Part shown: piece after piece, positions 49,647 through 63,525 of the stretch
Layout: each line of letters starts with the position of its first letter
Numbering within the stretch: the stretch's first letter is position 1
Source: Callorhinchus milii
Lineage: Eukaryota
Reading direction: 5' to 3'
Assembly: GCF_018977255.1 (NCBI RefSeq)
Contig: NW_024704743.1
Span: 64,854,001-64,918,000 of the forward strand
DNA: 64,000 bases
Program-made: the position numbers and the translations under genes
Notes under the pieces: model-generated
Seen by the model: only the letters and a program-made list of their open reading frames with translations
Told to the model about the DNA's origin: nothing
Databases searched by the model: none

Positions 49647-50019
49647 TGAAGTCCTGTAGCTCAGTGGTTAGAGCACTCGCCTCGCAAGTGAGAGCACCTG
49701 GGTTCGATTGCCAGGCAGGGTGCAACATTGGGCAAGTTTCCTTAATCCACACGCTCTGTTTACTTAGCAGTAAGTAGGAACCTGGTTGTTAGTCAATTAG
49801 CAGATCACTTTTCTGCGAGCAATAATCCCTTCAAAATAAATAAATAAAAATAATAAATTGATCTCTCAATCCACGACTGTTTGTGGGACATTGCTGTGCA
49901 CAATTGCTGCTGTGTTTTGCCCACAAAAAATACAGTCAATTCACTTTACATTGTATGCTGTGAAGCGCTTTGAGACGCCTTGATGAAGTGTTAAGATGCT
50001 ATATCAAATGTAAGGATGA
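49647..50019 (+). mobile_element. Young tRNA-derived SINE with 10-bp TSD
   Basis: A and B boxes (TAGCTCAGTGG, GGTTCGATTGC); flanked by TTATCATTTG at 49637-49646 and 50020-50029. Confidence 0.88.
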
Positions 50020-50034
50020 TTATCATTTGCTCAG

Positions 50035-50169
50035 TCCACAGCCAGTGAGGCGACCCTGGTGGGACTCCTTGCTGCAAGAAGAAAGAAGGTTTTACACATC
50101 CAGGCAGATACGCCTGATCTTGAAGAGAGGATGATCATGACAAAACTGGTTGCCTACATGTCAGATCAG
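50035..50169 (+). CDS. DDC: DDC coding exon 4 (135 nt)
   Basis: cag|[45 protein letters not shown]|gtaag. Confidence 0.93.
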
Positions 50170-50292
50170 GTAAGCCTTGTTGCCTTCCTTCTTTAAACCA
50201 ACCTCTGTCCATGTGAATGTTCAGGACTAGAAAAGATCATTATCGATAGATCACTTTGAGATCAATAGATTTTTATTAAAAAAACTAAAGTG

Positions 50293-50415
50293 TTTAAGGG
50301 ATATGGGGATAGGGCGGGTAAATGGAATTAGGTTAGTAGATCAGCCATGATCTTAAATGGCGGGGCAGGCTCGAGGGGCTGAATGGCCTATTCCTGCTCC
50401 TAGTTCTTATGTTCT
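50293..50415 (+). mobile_element. CR1-type 3' terminal fragment
   Basis: AGATCAGCCATGATC...GGCTGAATGGCCTATTCCTGCTCC...TATGTTCT resembles the 3' end at 53500-53585. Confidence 0.6.
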
Positions 50416-51829
50416 ATCTGTGCTGTTAATCTGTAGCTGTCTTTGAAAGTGGAATTTCTTCATGAACCATTGAGGGGGTTCTTTTGGGTGAACCCCTCAT
50501 TTTTATTTTAGATGCTGCAACTTTTCACCTACAAATACAGTCACCACACCTCACAGTAACTCCTGTGAAGTGCTTTAAGACATATTGAAGCCGTGATAAG
50601 GTGCTATATCAAATGCAAATTGGGAGTAGTTTGCAAGAAGAGTGACTGCAATTCTGCACTCTCCCCATAGAGTGGTTAGCAAATGTGAATTGGTATGACG
50701 TGTACATCACAAATGTTAATCTTTTGTGTTACCAATAATAACAGAGTTTAAACTCCATGGTAAAGCATTCTCAAGATGACCGTGATTCAGCAAAGTAATC
50801 TGTAAGGATAAATGCACCTCACTACAACAACTTTTTACTGAGAGACAGATAATCATGACTGGCAGCAGCTGAAGTTAACGTTTTACTCAAAGGAACATGT
50901 ACCCTATCCTCACCTTTTTCTATCTGCCTTTAAAAGCCTCCTGAAAACCTTCCTCTTTAACTCTGCTTACTGTCACCTTGCCCTATCCTTTCTGTTGGCC
51001 AATACCAAGTGAAAGTCACTATGTAGCAATTTGTTTGTTGATAAGGCCTAGTATCAAAGGAAAGGATTTTATTATCTCAAGTACGATAACAAAGCTTGAA
51101 AGAACTTAGTTCACCCCACTGTATAATTTTACGTGCTTTTGATTACTTTCATTTTTGGCTCTTATTTATTATATTTTCTTCTTGTTTTGGATGTTCATAC
51201 ACAGTAAACAGTTAACATGATGTGTTTAGAAAGGGATGGCCCCCATTAGGCTCCAGCATGAGTTTGCTAACTTAAAAAATTGGTCACTCAATCTACGACT
51301 GTTTGTGGGATACTGCTGTGCTCAATTGGCTGCCATGTTTTGCTCACAAAAAGGTCAATGTAATTTATAGTATATTCAGGGAAGCACTTAACATGTTTCA
51401 ATGGCGCGATAAGGCGCTATATTATTATTAGCCATGATAGTTTAGTAACTTCAGAATGGCCTGATTTTCTCAACTGAATAGCAATAACTTGTATTTATAT
51501 AGTGCCCTTCCCACAGGATAGGGTCTTGGAGCACTGCGCAATGGTAGGGTTCACACCAAGTGAGGGAGGGGGGAGACAGGAAAGTGATGACTATAGGCAG
51601 GCTTGAAGAGAAGTTTTCAGCAGGGATTTAAACATAGATAGAGGGGGGATTGAGGCAGGGAATTCCAGAGATTAGGGGTGTAATGGCTGAAGGCATGGCC
51701 ACTGATTATTTATAAATGTTTTTTTCACTGTGCATCTTATTAGCTTTACATACCGTTTTATAGATGACTAGCCTGTGTTTGTTCTTCTACATGGGGGAGG
51801 CAGGAGATAATAAATAATAATTCTGACAT

Positions 51830-53585
51830 TTCAATGAGGACCAAGGAGGAAATCTTATTGTGGAGGCAGAGGGCATGGCTGATGTACTGAATGAGTACTT
51901 TGCATCTGTCTTCACAAAAGAAGTGGATGCACCAAATGCCGCAGTATCGGAGGAGAGGGTAGAGGAAATGGATAGGATCAGTATAAACAGAGGAATTACT
52001 GAAAAGGTTGACTGCGCTGAAGGTAGATAAGTCGTCCGGACGGGATGCAACTAAGGTTACTGTGGGAGGCACAGGTACAAAATAGCGGAGGCTTTGGTTA
52101 CAATTTTTCAATCTTTGTTGGACACAGGAGTGGTGCCAGAGGACTGGAGAGTGGCCAATGTGACTCCTCTGTACAAAAAGGAACAGAAGGACAAACCTGG
52201 GAACTACAGGCCAGTCAGCCTAACATCAGTAGTGGGGAAACTCCTGGAGACTATAGTCCGGGATAGAATAAATCTTCACTTAGAAGAATATGGGTTAATT
52301 AGGGACAGCCAGCACGGATTTGTTAAAGGCAAATCTTGTCTAACAAATCTAATAGAATTTTTCGATGAGGTAACGGAGAGGGTGGATAAAGGTAGTGCAG
52401 TTGATGTAGTTTATATGGACTTTCAAAAGGCATTTGACAAAGTGCCACATGAAAGACTTGTAAGAAAGATAGAAGCCCATGGTATAAAAGGGACAGTGGC
52501 AGCATGGATCCAGAACTGGCTGGGAGACAGAAAGCAGAGAGTTGTGGTGAACGGCTGCTTTTCTGACTGGAGGGAAGTGTACAGTGGCATTCCCCAGGGA
52601 TTGATATTAGGACCACTGCTCTTCTTAATATACATAAATGATCTGGACTTGGGTATAGCAAGCACCATTTCCAAGTTTGCGGACGACACAAAGTTAGGTA
52701 GGGTGGTAAACAGTGAGAAGGATAGTAGCCAACTGCAGGAAGACATAGACAAAATGGGCAGACACATGGCAGATGAATTTCAATATGGAGAAATGCGAGG
52801 TAATGCATATTGGTAGAAAGAATGAGGGGAGGCAATATAGGTTAGGTAATACAATCTTAAGGGGGTAAAAGAACAGAGAGACCTGGGGTGCAGGTAAATG
52901 AATCCTTGAAGGTGGCAGGACAGGTAGATAAAGCTGTAAAAAGGGCAAATGGGATTCTAGGCTTTATAAATAGGGGCATAGAGTACAAGAGTCAGGAGGT
53001 TATGATTAACCTATATAAAGCACTGGTTAGGCCTCAGTTAGAATACTGCGCCCAGTTCTGGGCACCACACTATAGGAAGGATGTTAAGGCATTGGAAAGG
53101 GTGCAGAGGAGATTTACAAGGATGGTACCAGGAATGAGGGACCTTGATTATGAGGAAAGGCTGGAGAGGCTGGGATTATTCTCATTGGAGCAGAGAAGGT
53201 TACGAGGAGACCTAATAGAGGTCTTCAAAATCATGAGGGGATTTGATAGGTTAGAAAGGGAAAAACTGTTTCCACTGGTGGGTGTGTCGGTGACTTGAGG
53301 TCACAGATTCAAAATAGCCTCTAAAAGAAGCAGAGGGGAGGTGAGAAGACATTTTTTCCACGCAGCGAGTTGTTCAAATCTGGAACGCATTGCCTGAAAG
53401 GGTGGTCGAGGCCGATTCGATAATAACTTTTAAAAACACGGTGGACGGGTATTTGAGGAGGACGGGTTTGCAGGGTTATGGGGAAAGGGCTGGGGAGTGG
53501 GATTGACATTGCATTGCTCTATTCAAAGAGCCGGCACAGACTCGATGGGCCGAATGGCCTCTTTTTGTGCTGTACAATTCTATGA
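51830..53585 (+). mobile_element. 5'-truncated CR1 LINE (RT domain, ORF2 C-terminus, 3' UTR)
   Basis: ORFs 52094-52816 (PGNYRPVSLTS, QHGF, DFQKAFDKVPH, GIPQG, KFADDTK) and 52888-53298; ends GGCCGAATGGCCT...ATTCTATG. Confidence 0.95.
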
Positions 53586-56140
53586 ACAAACAAATCCACA
53601 GACTTACACAGCTGCAAATATTGAAATAAATTGTGAGAAATGGTTATTTAATTTCAGTAACCAAAATTGATAGATATTATATAATAATGCATCAGTTAGC
53701 CCGTGGTGAGTGATGGGCTGTCACTATACAAGTATCAGACCTCAAAACGTTAATATTAACCAGAATTTCAGTAGAAATATGTTTCTAGAAATATTCTCAA
53801 TAGTTTCCAGTGACATTAAATAAATAGCATCGAAACAAGCCATTTGGCCCAACTAGTCCATGTGAGTGATTAGACTCCACATGGGCCTCTATTCTCTTTT
53901 CCCTCATGCATGCTTCAAGTTTTACATAGAATGTGATATTCAATGTGAAACATTCCTACTAAACTCACTTTCAGATCTGCTTCTAGCTATCTTATATTTG
54001 GGCCCTTTAGTTTATGCATTCTACCTATACTTGGAAATTTGAGAGATAGATTGTCAGAATTAAACTATTGACACAATGACTCGAAAATCTCAGCTGGAAA
54101 ATCCAATGTTACATTTATCAGTGGCAGTTACTGGAGTAACCTAGTTATTTGAATTATTGATGTAAGATAATATTATTGATGGCGAAGACAAAATAAATGT
54201 TTGCATTTGGCTAATATTAATCTGACACACAACATAATTCTGTCTCTTGATCAGCATATGTCACAACATCCATTACAGGAGGTTCATTTTGTTCAAAGGA
54301 TTCAGTCACCTCTGTTGGTAATTGCATTACATTGATCTGTGACTGTCATACTTGCTGCTGAAGAGCTGAAGTAATGCAAAGTGACAGCACTCCATATGTA
54401 GCATAGGTCAGAGAATATCCTGGCTGTTGGAGGATTTGCCTTAAGTCACTAGTAACCTTTCCAGTCTTGACAGTGAAGAATATGCCCACAATGTGAACAA
54501 AACCACTAAGGAAACAAATGCATTGCGCCCTGGTTTCTCATTTAAAGAAAAGATGCATTCACTAACATTGGGAACATCTTCAAACAAAATTGGTCGAGTA
54601 AATGGAAAACAAAGCCAAATCCATTAGACCAGAAGAGCACCATTTAGAGCAATTTGTCCGACTAGATCTGATTAATTCTGTTTCTTTCCCCACTTTTTTT
54701 GCCTCCAACCCTTCTTTGCTGAAAAATGTGGCTTGGGCTGTGTACAGTCCTGTAGACATCAAGTTATTTGGTATCTTACCCAAGTGGTCATTCTTCAGAT
54801 GTGGACCTGGAAAATGAGTGTCATCAGGCTATAGAATCACAGAGGACATTAGTTTGATTGAATCTTTTCTCACCTGATATATACACACACACAGTCAACA
54901 CAGTCATTGGTTCATGATCAGAAGCTTCAACCCTGGTTGATTATTCCCTCCATAGCACAGGATTGCTAAGATCAAGTGTAGTTCCCCTGTGAGTTAATTC
55001 AATAGAGACAGCAGATGGAACCTGGTACCTATGCCTAAGGTATATGGGCTGAAGGTTTCACACTGTGATTTTTAGCAAATGAGCCATTAGAGAACTGAAC
55101 CTAATTATTTTAAATCACAATAGAAAACAAGGGCAGCGGGACCCTCAAGACACCGTTATTGTCCCCAATAAATCCCAGAGGAAAGTGAGTGGGTACAGAG
55201 AAACACAATCAAAAATAATTTTTTTGGTTAAACATTAACAATATGTGAGAAAATTGTTAGTTCAACTGATAGTTAGATTTTAATTGTATTTTAGTGTGTG
55301 GAAAATTTTTCGCAACAACCATTTGCAGCAGATAAATAGCTTTGGGGTTAACAATCTGTCTTGGAGAATGTTTACTCAGTGTAACATGATCAGATCATCA
55401 TTATCTTTCCTGATAAAATGGCCTTTAAATGTAACTTCCTTAAGGGTTTCAGTATTTTTGGTCTTTGTGCATTTGTGTCAGCCTGGCTCAGTTGGTAGCA
55501 CGTATGCTTTTGAGTTAAAAGCTTGTGGGCTGAAGCCCTATGTCAGGACTTTGAGCTTGGGCTGAGTGCTGCATTGTTAGAGGTACTATTCTTAGACGAG
55601 ATGTTAAACTGTTCAGGTGGATGCTTCAAGTACTCTGAGGTGAACAGCGCTATATAAATGCATATTGTTGTTGTTCACTGCCTCTAATACTCGCTTTTAA
55701 TGATAACAGGATGTTAAAATCACAATTTACCATTCATTGCTAGTATCTGTAGTTGCTGCATGGAAAATCATTACTATTGTATTTTGTTTAAAATCTGACC
55801 ACAAATCAGAGTTTAGTCTGAATGCTAAACTGCGTCATGGAGATGTTATTTGTTATCTGTGTGACTGTACCAACTACTTGTTGCATTAGCATAGTTTGTC
55901 TAGATAATATTTGTAGGTAAGTATCTAATATGTAATCGATTCAAACTTCAGCAATCTGAGAAGAATTTAATTGTGAGAGATCCCTTCACGGAATAGTTGG
56001 GCCAAAGGACCTGTTTCTAGTGTTGTATCCCTCTAAATAAATGGCTTTACTTTTCTAAACTGTAGCACATGTATTTTTAGCTTTGCAATATAAAAATATT
56101 GTCTAAGCTTTTCACTTAGAATAATTCTAAATCCCATTTT

Positions 56141-56457
56141 GGAGGAGTGCTGTAGCTCAGTGGTTAGAGCACTAGCCTCGCAAGTGAAAGACTTGGGTTT
56201 GATTCCTAACAGGGAGAAACCTTGGGCAAGGTTCCTAACTCCACACGACTGTTATTAATCCCTCAAGGAAAAAAAAACCATTAATAAATTGGTCACTTCA
56301 ATCTACGACTGTTTGTGGGACACTGTTGTGCGCAATTGGCTGCTGTGTTTCGTCCACAAATAAACAGTCAATTCACTTTATAGTATATTCTGTGAAGCGC
56401 TTTGAGACATCTAGAAGACGTGAGAAGTGCTATATCAAATGCAAGGATTATTATTGT
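56141..56457 (+). mobile_element. Young tRNA-derived SINE
   Basis: Same head, core and tail as 19917-20239. Confidence 0.88.
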
Positions 56458-57872
56458 TAATATTGCCATTTACTGAGAACGCTGAACTGAGTTGAATTGC
56501 ATGATAAAAATGTGGCATGTACATGCATGCAACTAAGCCTACCTGCGTTTATTTTCCATCTACTCCAATTCTAGACACATCATATGTACATAACAAATTC
56601 AGGAATCCCATTTGAAATCAACATGTTTTGGAACCCATTGAAACTTGATGCACAGTTTATGTTTCAGTGGGTCCATTCTTTATTGGACCGGCCATACTCT
56701 CCATGTTGTCGTATTTCCTGAGCACATTTTTGTGGGTCAGTATTACTCAGATTTCATTAGCGTTTGGCCCCTAGAGCGACATGTGCAATAGGCAATATTA
56801 AATTCCTCTTCGATGCGATGAGAACAGAATGGAAAAATATGAAGGAACCCAATTTAGATTATTTGTGAGTCACAATGATTTAAAGTGTTAAATCTCTGTT
56901 GTCAGTAAATTTAAATTAAACTTCATATAGTATTTTGTGGAAACAATTGATTCAATTCATTGGTATTTTACAATGAATGTGGCAGAGGCAGATCTTGTGA
57001 GTCAGCCTCACTCTCACCTCTGAGTCAGGAAATTGTCGGTTCAAGCCCCACATTGGGTCTTGCAATTCACATAGTTTACACTCCAGGGCAGTCCATACTG
57101 GTAGTGCGTTACATTTTCAGAGGTGCTGTCCTTCAGATGAGATGCTTCTGTGAAGCGCTTTGAGATGTCTTGAAGACATAAGGCTATATATGAAATATAA
57201 GGATTATTATTATGTTAAACCAGGTCCTACTAGCTGTTCCGGTTGATGTTAACAATCCCATGGTACTATTCAAAAAGAATAGTATTTGCATACATACTAT
57301 AGATGTATACGATAGATGCATTGTATAAAAATGCAAGTTGTAGTAAGTGCCAGAAGAAGGCACAATCCACGAGTGGAAAATCCTGCTTCTTGCATGGCAT
57401 CGGGAATGATACCTTACAGCTCCCCAATGGCACATCGAATGTGATAAATCTTGAATGTACTACTAGGGTGGCTTCAGGGGAATGGAAAAGAATCGTACTT
57501 GAATGTTTTTTAAATCTTGTTTGTGAATTTAAAGAGGTTATTGCTGGGTAACCATTTGAATCTGGAAGTGGTTCTCAATGATTTCTGGTGCAGATATCAA
57601 ATTGATACACATCCAGATCCTCAGGGACTGGCTGGTTATGTCTCCAATAAGCCAGTCCCTGAGGATTGATCAGATCAACTAATGGTATAGTCTGAGAAGT
57701 GTAGATATTTCTGAAACTTGGAAATTATTTAGCCCAAATGTTTACCAAAAGAGTCTAAAAAATGTGGCAGGTTCATGTGTTTAATAGATGAGTTATAGCT
57801 GTAGCATTCCTTTCAATGTTTTTCTCTAGCAAACAATGTTCATTCTTTAACCGGACTGTGTGGTATCTTTAG

Positions 57873-58016
57873 TCTCACAGCTCTGTTGAACGAGCAGGAT
57901 TGATTGGAGGAATAACAATGAGAAAGTTGCCCTCTGACAGCCAGCTCAGCCTGCGGGGAGAGACCCTGAAACAAGCAATAGAAGAAGATAAAGCTGCTGG
58001 TCTGATTCCTTTCTTC
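57873..58016 (+). CDS. DDC: DDC coding exon 5 (144 nt)
   Basis: tag|[48 protein letters not shown]|gtaag. Confidence 0.94.
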
Positions 58017-59544
58017 GTAAGTCCGTTTTCTGTTACTCTTACTGCGGTTTTCTCATTGTATTGTAATGTTATTTTAGTTATTTTCTCACATTGGGGTTTT
58101 TGTAGGCTCCCATCGCCTCTGACCTGCTCCCACATCTGTGCCAATGATGCTCTGACCCAGCCTCCAGTCTAGACACACAAGGGAGCAGCCCAGAGAAACT
58201 CTCCATTGGACCAAGTCCTGATGCTTCAAAACACTAAGCCACATTGTGCCCACAAAATATACAGTCAGTTCACTTTCAATGTATTCGGTGAAGGCTTTGA
58301 GTTGTCTCGAAGACGTGATAAGGCACTATATCAAATGCAAGGATGTTATGTGTAGGATGTTATTTGTGTTGTGTTGTACAGTGCAAAACGATTTACATCA
58401 ATATAACATCTTTCACACCAGGAGAATGTCTCGAACACTATTGGCTGGATATCAGAGCTGGGGGTGGGAGCTGAAGGGTTGCTGTTAACTATAAAAAAAA
58501 TATGGTTAAATACAAGTTAAAACTTTGGGCTTCAGTATGCCACTTTTCACTGCCCTTCAATCTGGATAAAATGGCAGCTTGGATCTAGCAGTTTAGCAGT
58601 CGTTGCCTTCTTCCCCAATATGAAACTTTCAATGGCCAATTTAATTTGCAAGATGCTACAAATAACACACCAACTTCAAACATTATCAGCATCAGAGCTG
58701 TATAATAAAATAAAGCTGCTTGTTATTTTAACACCATCTGTGCCTTGACCTTAACTCGAGGTGCACATTAAAATATATTCTGCTTTCAATTACCAACTGT
58801 AAGTAGTAATTTGTAAAAGATAATTGCAGATGTTTAGAGCAGTGCATTACGCCTGCATATTGCACTAAACTGACACAGATGAAAGCACTGCATATTGCTC
58901 TCAAATATTATGAATGATATTACCAAAATCCATTTAGTTTGATTTTTTTCTTCAACTGGAAGTTTGTTTTGAAAGTGTGACTTAAACCTTAGTGACTAAA
59001 TAGCAGTCAGACAGTTCCCAAATGATTTTGGTCTCTTTTTCTTGACTATTTAAGGTTCTTTGTTTAGGTTCATTGAATTTGTAGAGATGTCTGCTCTGTT
59101 TGTGTAAGTAACACATGGCCACAGAGATTAAACTAATCTAATTATCCCACTGCTTGCTTCAGCCTACGGGTGTAATATGTTTCTGGCCATTTGTAAGCAG
59201 TAAAGAAAATGCAATAAAGTATTAATAAATATGGGACTATTCTAAAGAGAGGGAGCTGTTTTGATGTTAGTTCCAAACAAGCTAGACAGCGGATGTTATC
59301 TGAAACGCACACAGAGCCTGTAATATAACAGACTTTGTGTTTCTTCTCACTGTTTTTAGATCTTTTTGAATGTTCATTTGCATATTCTAAATTGTGAATC
59401 TTAGTTATTAAATAGCTATAGACTATTGAATAGCTATTCAAATTAAATTATAATATTCTATAGATTTTTTGTGGTTATGGTGCGATCAAAGATTATGCAC
59501 TAATCATAGTGAAGGTATGCAACATATGTTAATATGCCTCATTA

Positions 59545-59872
59545 AACAACAACAACTTGTATTTATATAGTGCCCTCCACGCCAGGCGGCATCTCAGAGT
59601 GCTTAACAATGGCAGAGCCTGATGCCGAGCCAAGGGGAGGGGAAGGTGACCGTAGGTGGGTCGAAGAGGAAGGTCTTCAGATGCAACCTGAAGTTGGGGA
59701 AGGAGGGGACGAGGCGAAGGGGCTGAGAGAGGGAGCTCCAAAATTTCGGGGCGAAGCAGCTGAAGGCATGGCCTCCGATGGTGGAGCGGAGGATTCGGGG
59801 AATGCAGAGGAGGCCGGACCCAGTAGAGCGGAGGCAGCGGGTACTGAGGAGGTTAGAGAGATAGGGGGGTGC
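59545..59872 (-). mobile_element. L2-type LINE 3' end
   Basis: APPYLSNLLS...LRS...AFSCFAPKFWSSLSQPLR...FRLHLKTFLF and a (TTG)n tail. Confidence 0.8.
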
Positions 59873-61106
59873 AACAAGGTTGAACCAAAAACGCCTTCCA
59901 TCCATTTCTGATGGAACTGATGTCTTGCCTGACTGTTCAGGTTAAACAGCCCATATCCTTCAGAAAGGGAAGGGAGTTTATGGATGTCCTGGATAACAAT
60001 CTTTCAAATAAAATGGAATTTAAAAAAAAAGAAACACAACTTCAGCATGCTGCAGCATAGCTTTACACAGTTAATATAAAACCAACAAGCTGAGAATTGG
60101 TTTCCACTTTGCATCTTCGATTAAGGGAAAAGAATGATGTTTCTCAGGTCAGGGCATCAGTTGGGTAAGAGTAAATTTCTCAATTTTTCTTTTGCCCATA
60201 AGATTCAAAATCAACCAAATTAGTGGCAGAAGATTGGTTCGACTCTTGCGTGCCTGACTTATCTAACTTACACAATTTGTTTGTGCGGATAACTGATCTT
60301 GAGCAGGTTCACCCGTTCCCCTATAGTTTGGCTAACGCAAGATTTAGATACCAAGCTCCCCCAGGATTTCTGGGGTGAGCTTAGTGTGTTCAATTGGCTG
60401 ATGTGTTGTCTCAACTTTTGTGTAAAACCTATGGGCTGATAGGATCACTATCACGGATCCCTATCACAGTCTGTTCCCTCAAATATCCCATACATTCCTC
60501 TGGTGTGTCTTCATCTACACCTGTACTAGAAGACCTCTCAGCAGCAGTGAGGAGGTGTTAAGTGAGTCCCTCATCATGAGACGGTGCAGAGGAATGTGCT
60601 GATCAGGAGGTTCATCCTGCTCATCTGTCTGGATCATGTCACCAGAGTCTACATCGCGACGAGTTGAATTATACAGAGGATTTTATAATCAAGATGCGTG
60701 GGACTGCTCTGTTGTAATGAAAAGTTCAGATCCAGAATTTAATAAATACAATGATTCCTTCTGATGAACTAATAGTTTTCAGCCATTCTGCCTGTCCCTG
60801 AGTCCCTCTGACTCGCTGTCCCCTTCCCATTTTTAAAGCCTGCCTCAAGTCTTATCTCTTTGACCTGATTTTTTCCAATGCCATTGGCATTCACCTTGCC
60901 TACTGTGATCATCTCAAGGGAAGCAAGATTGAAAGTGGCAATAGTGGGAGATTACATGTATATCTGAACACGTACACTTTCAGTGCACACTTATCGCCAA
61001 TGGAGTTTGATTGTTTCCCGACTGTAATATTGTCATGTAAATTTTATGAAAAAACAATAGGCTTACAGTTCCTTTAACTTGAACTATATGTCTATTGTTT
61101 CTTCAT

Positions 61107-61415
61107 AACTGTAGTTCAGTGGTTAGAGAACTTGCCTCGCAAGCGAGTGACCTGGGTTTGATTCCTGGCAGAGTGAAACCTTGGGCAAGTTTCCTTACTC
61201 CACACGCCTGATAATAGTCCCTCAAGAAAAAAAACAAAAAACAATAAATTGGTCACTTCAATCCACGACTGTTTGTGGGACTGTGCGGAATTGGCTGTCG
61301 TGTTTTGCCCATAAAATATGCAGTCAATTCAGTTTACAGTATATTCTGTGAAGCGCTTTGAAACATCTAGAAGACGTGAAAAGAGCTATATCAAATGCAA
61401 AGAATATTATTATAA
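61107..61415 (+). mobile_element. Young tRNA-derived SINE
   Basis: Same family as 19917-20239. Confidence 0.85.
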
Positions 61416-61682
61416 TATTATAACTTGTCCTGAGGACCACGTTGAATTTACCCTCTTCTGTTTTAATCACCTCTCAGTTTCCTATTGCAGCATTAAACAC
61501 CCTGGAAATATCAATGCAATCAAAAAAAGTTCCCAAGGATTCACTAAAAATAATCCATATGCTACCTGGGAATCCTGTGGTAACTGGCAGAGAGAGAATT
61601 CTACAATCCAAGGGCCAGTTTTCTGATTGGCTCTATCGACCGCTCTCCTTTCATTGACTATCTTTTCTCTTTCTATCTACAG

Positions 61683-61749
61683 TTGTGTGCGACACTGGGC
61701 ACCACCGCTTCCTGTGCATTTGATTCGATTTTGGAGCTAGGACCGATCT
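61683..61749 (+). CDS. DDC: DDC coding exon 6 (67 nt)
   Basis: cag|LCATLGTTASCAFDSILELGPI(C)|gtaag. Confidence 0.93.
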
Positions 61750-62664
61750 GTAAGAATTTTATTTAAATCCTTGTTGGCATAAAATCACATTATACTATCC
61801 AATTTACATTGATATGGCTCCTTTTGCATTAGAGGACTTTCCAAAGCACATTTGGTTCTGGGAGGGCACCTGAGCTGGGGTTTGAAGCCAAGGGGGCTAT
61901 ATAAACGTTTTGAGACATGCCTTGAAAAAGGGGAGAGAGTGAGCGAGTCGGAGGGGTTTCCAGAGATGACTGGGCAGAATGACTGAAAAGCTGACTGCCA
62001 ATGGTGAGGCAGATAGGGTGGGGTACACAAAATTTGCTGAGCAAAGGGAACAGCTGGGTTGGTAGGGTTGAAGGAGGTCACAAAGGTAGGGTGGGACAAG
62101 ACCAGGGAGGGATTTAAAAGTAAGAATGAGGATCTTGAACTGAATGTGTGGCTACTGAAGCCAAACAAGGATGGGGATCAGCTCACAGCAACACAGGCTG
62201 CAGAGTTCTGGATAGTCTGCAGTTTGTGTAGAGAAGAGCTGGGGAGTCTAGCGAGCAGAGCGTTAGCAAAGTCGAGTGATGAAACCAAGCTGGGAGCCAA
62301 GTTGAATTCTCACTTAGCAGTGGCCTCTGCAAATTGTCTTTCTGAGCTCATTCAGGAGATAGTGGCTGAAATCAATTTGACTTAACTCAGTGCGAGTTTA
62401 GGCCATTTAGATGTGTTAAGTATAATAATATAATAATCCTTGCATTTGATATAGCGCTTTTCACGTCTTATCGACGTCTCAAAGTGCTTCACAGAATATA
62501 CTGTAAAGTGAATTGACTGTACATTTTTGTGGGTGAAACATGCTCAATATAAATGCAGGGTCATTATAGTTTTGTAAATGTTTTCCTTTTCCGCCAAAAA
62601 GACTTTGCTGTAGAAGGATCAAACAATATTTTACCACTGACTCTATCTCTTCCTGATATTCCAG

Positions 62665-62759
62665 GTAATTCTGAAAAAGTCTGGATGCACATTGATGCTG
62701 CTTATGCAGGAAGTGCTTTTATTTGCCCAGAATTCAGACCTTTATTAAACGGTGTCGAG
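62665..62759 (+). CDS. DDC: DDC coding exon 7 (95 nt); the gene continues beyond the window
   Basis: cag|(C)[31 protein letters not shown]|gtaag; phase is compatible with exon 6. Confidence 0.94.
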
Positions 62760-63059
62760 GTAAGAAAAACAAACAACCTTTAATAAGATGGATGGTAAGG
62801 ATTCAAAACCTCACCCAACATGATGTTCTTGAGAGAGGTGAACAATGATATCTTGGGATATCTTAGGGGCAGTATAAAGGCCATAAAGAACGAGCACAAA
62901 TATAAACAGCATTGCAATGGAACATATGGTTGTAAAAACAATAAAGGACCATTTCAATTAGTTTTGCTGGTTCCAAAGTAAAACAGAAGTCATGTGCTAT
63001 GTCATTTCTCATAGCTTTAATCAATTTCTTTGTTAAACAGATGTATGTAGCCATAGTCA

Positions 63060-63525
63060 GCAATTACTTGGTGATAAAAAAAATTCTCCCCATCCCCCTC
63101 TGGTTCTTATGCCAATTATCTTGAATCTTTGTCCCCTGGTTACCAATCCACTTGCCAGTGGAAACAGTTTCTCCCTATCGACTCTATCAAAATCCCTTAT
63201 AATTTTGAATACCTCTATTAAATCTCTGAACAATCCCAGATTCTCTTGTCTCCACATAACTGAAGTCCCTCATCCCTGATACTATTCTGGTAAATCTTCT
63301 CTGCACCCTCTCAAAGGCGTTGATATCCTGCCTCCAGTGTGGTGCCCAAAATTGGACGCAATACTCCAGCTGAGGCCTAACCAGTGACTTTTAGAGGTTT
63401 AGCAGAATTCCTTGCTCTTGTACTCAATGCTGTTTATAAAGCCAAGGATTCTATATGCTTTTTTAACCACTTTATCAACCTGTCTTGCCACCTTCAAAGA
63501 CCTGTATATATGAACCCCCAAGTCT
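63060..63525 (-). mobile_element. CR1 ORF2 C-terminal fragment
   Basis: [23 protein letters not shown]...TRGQRFKI, homologous to 52888-53340. Confidence 0.85.

Noticed and set aside
42964..62759. Histidine decarboxylase (HDC) assignment
   Set aside because: Most diagnostic motifs, the single 201-nt first coding exon and adjacency to FIGNL1 fit DDC better.
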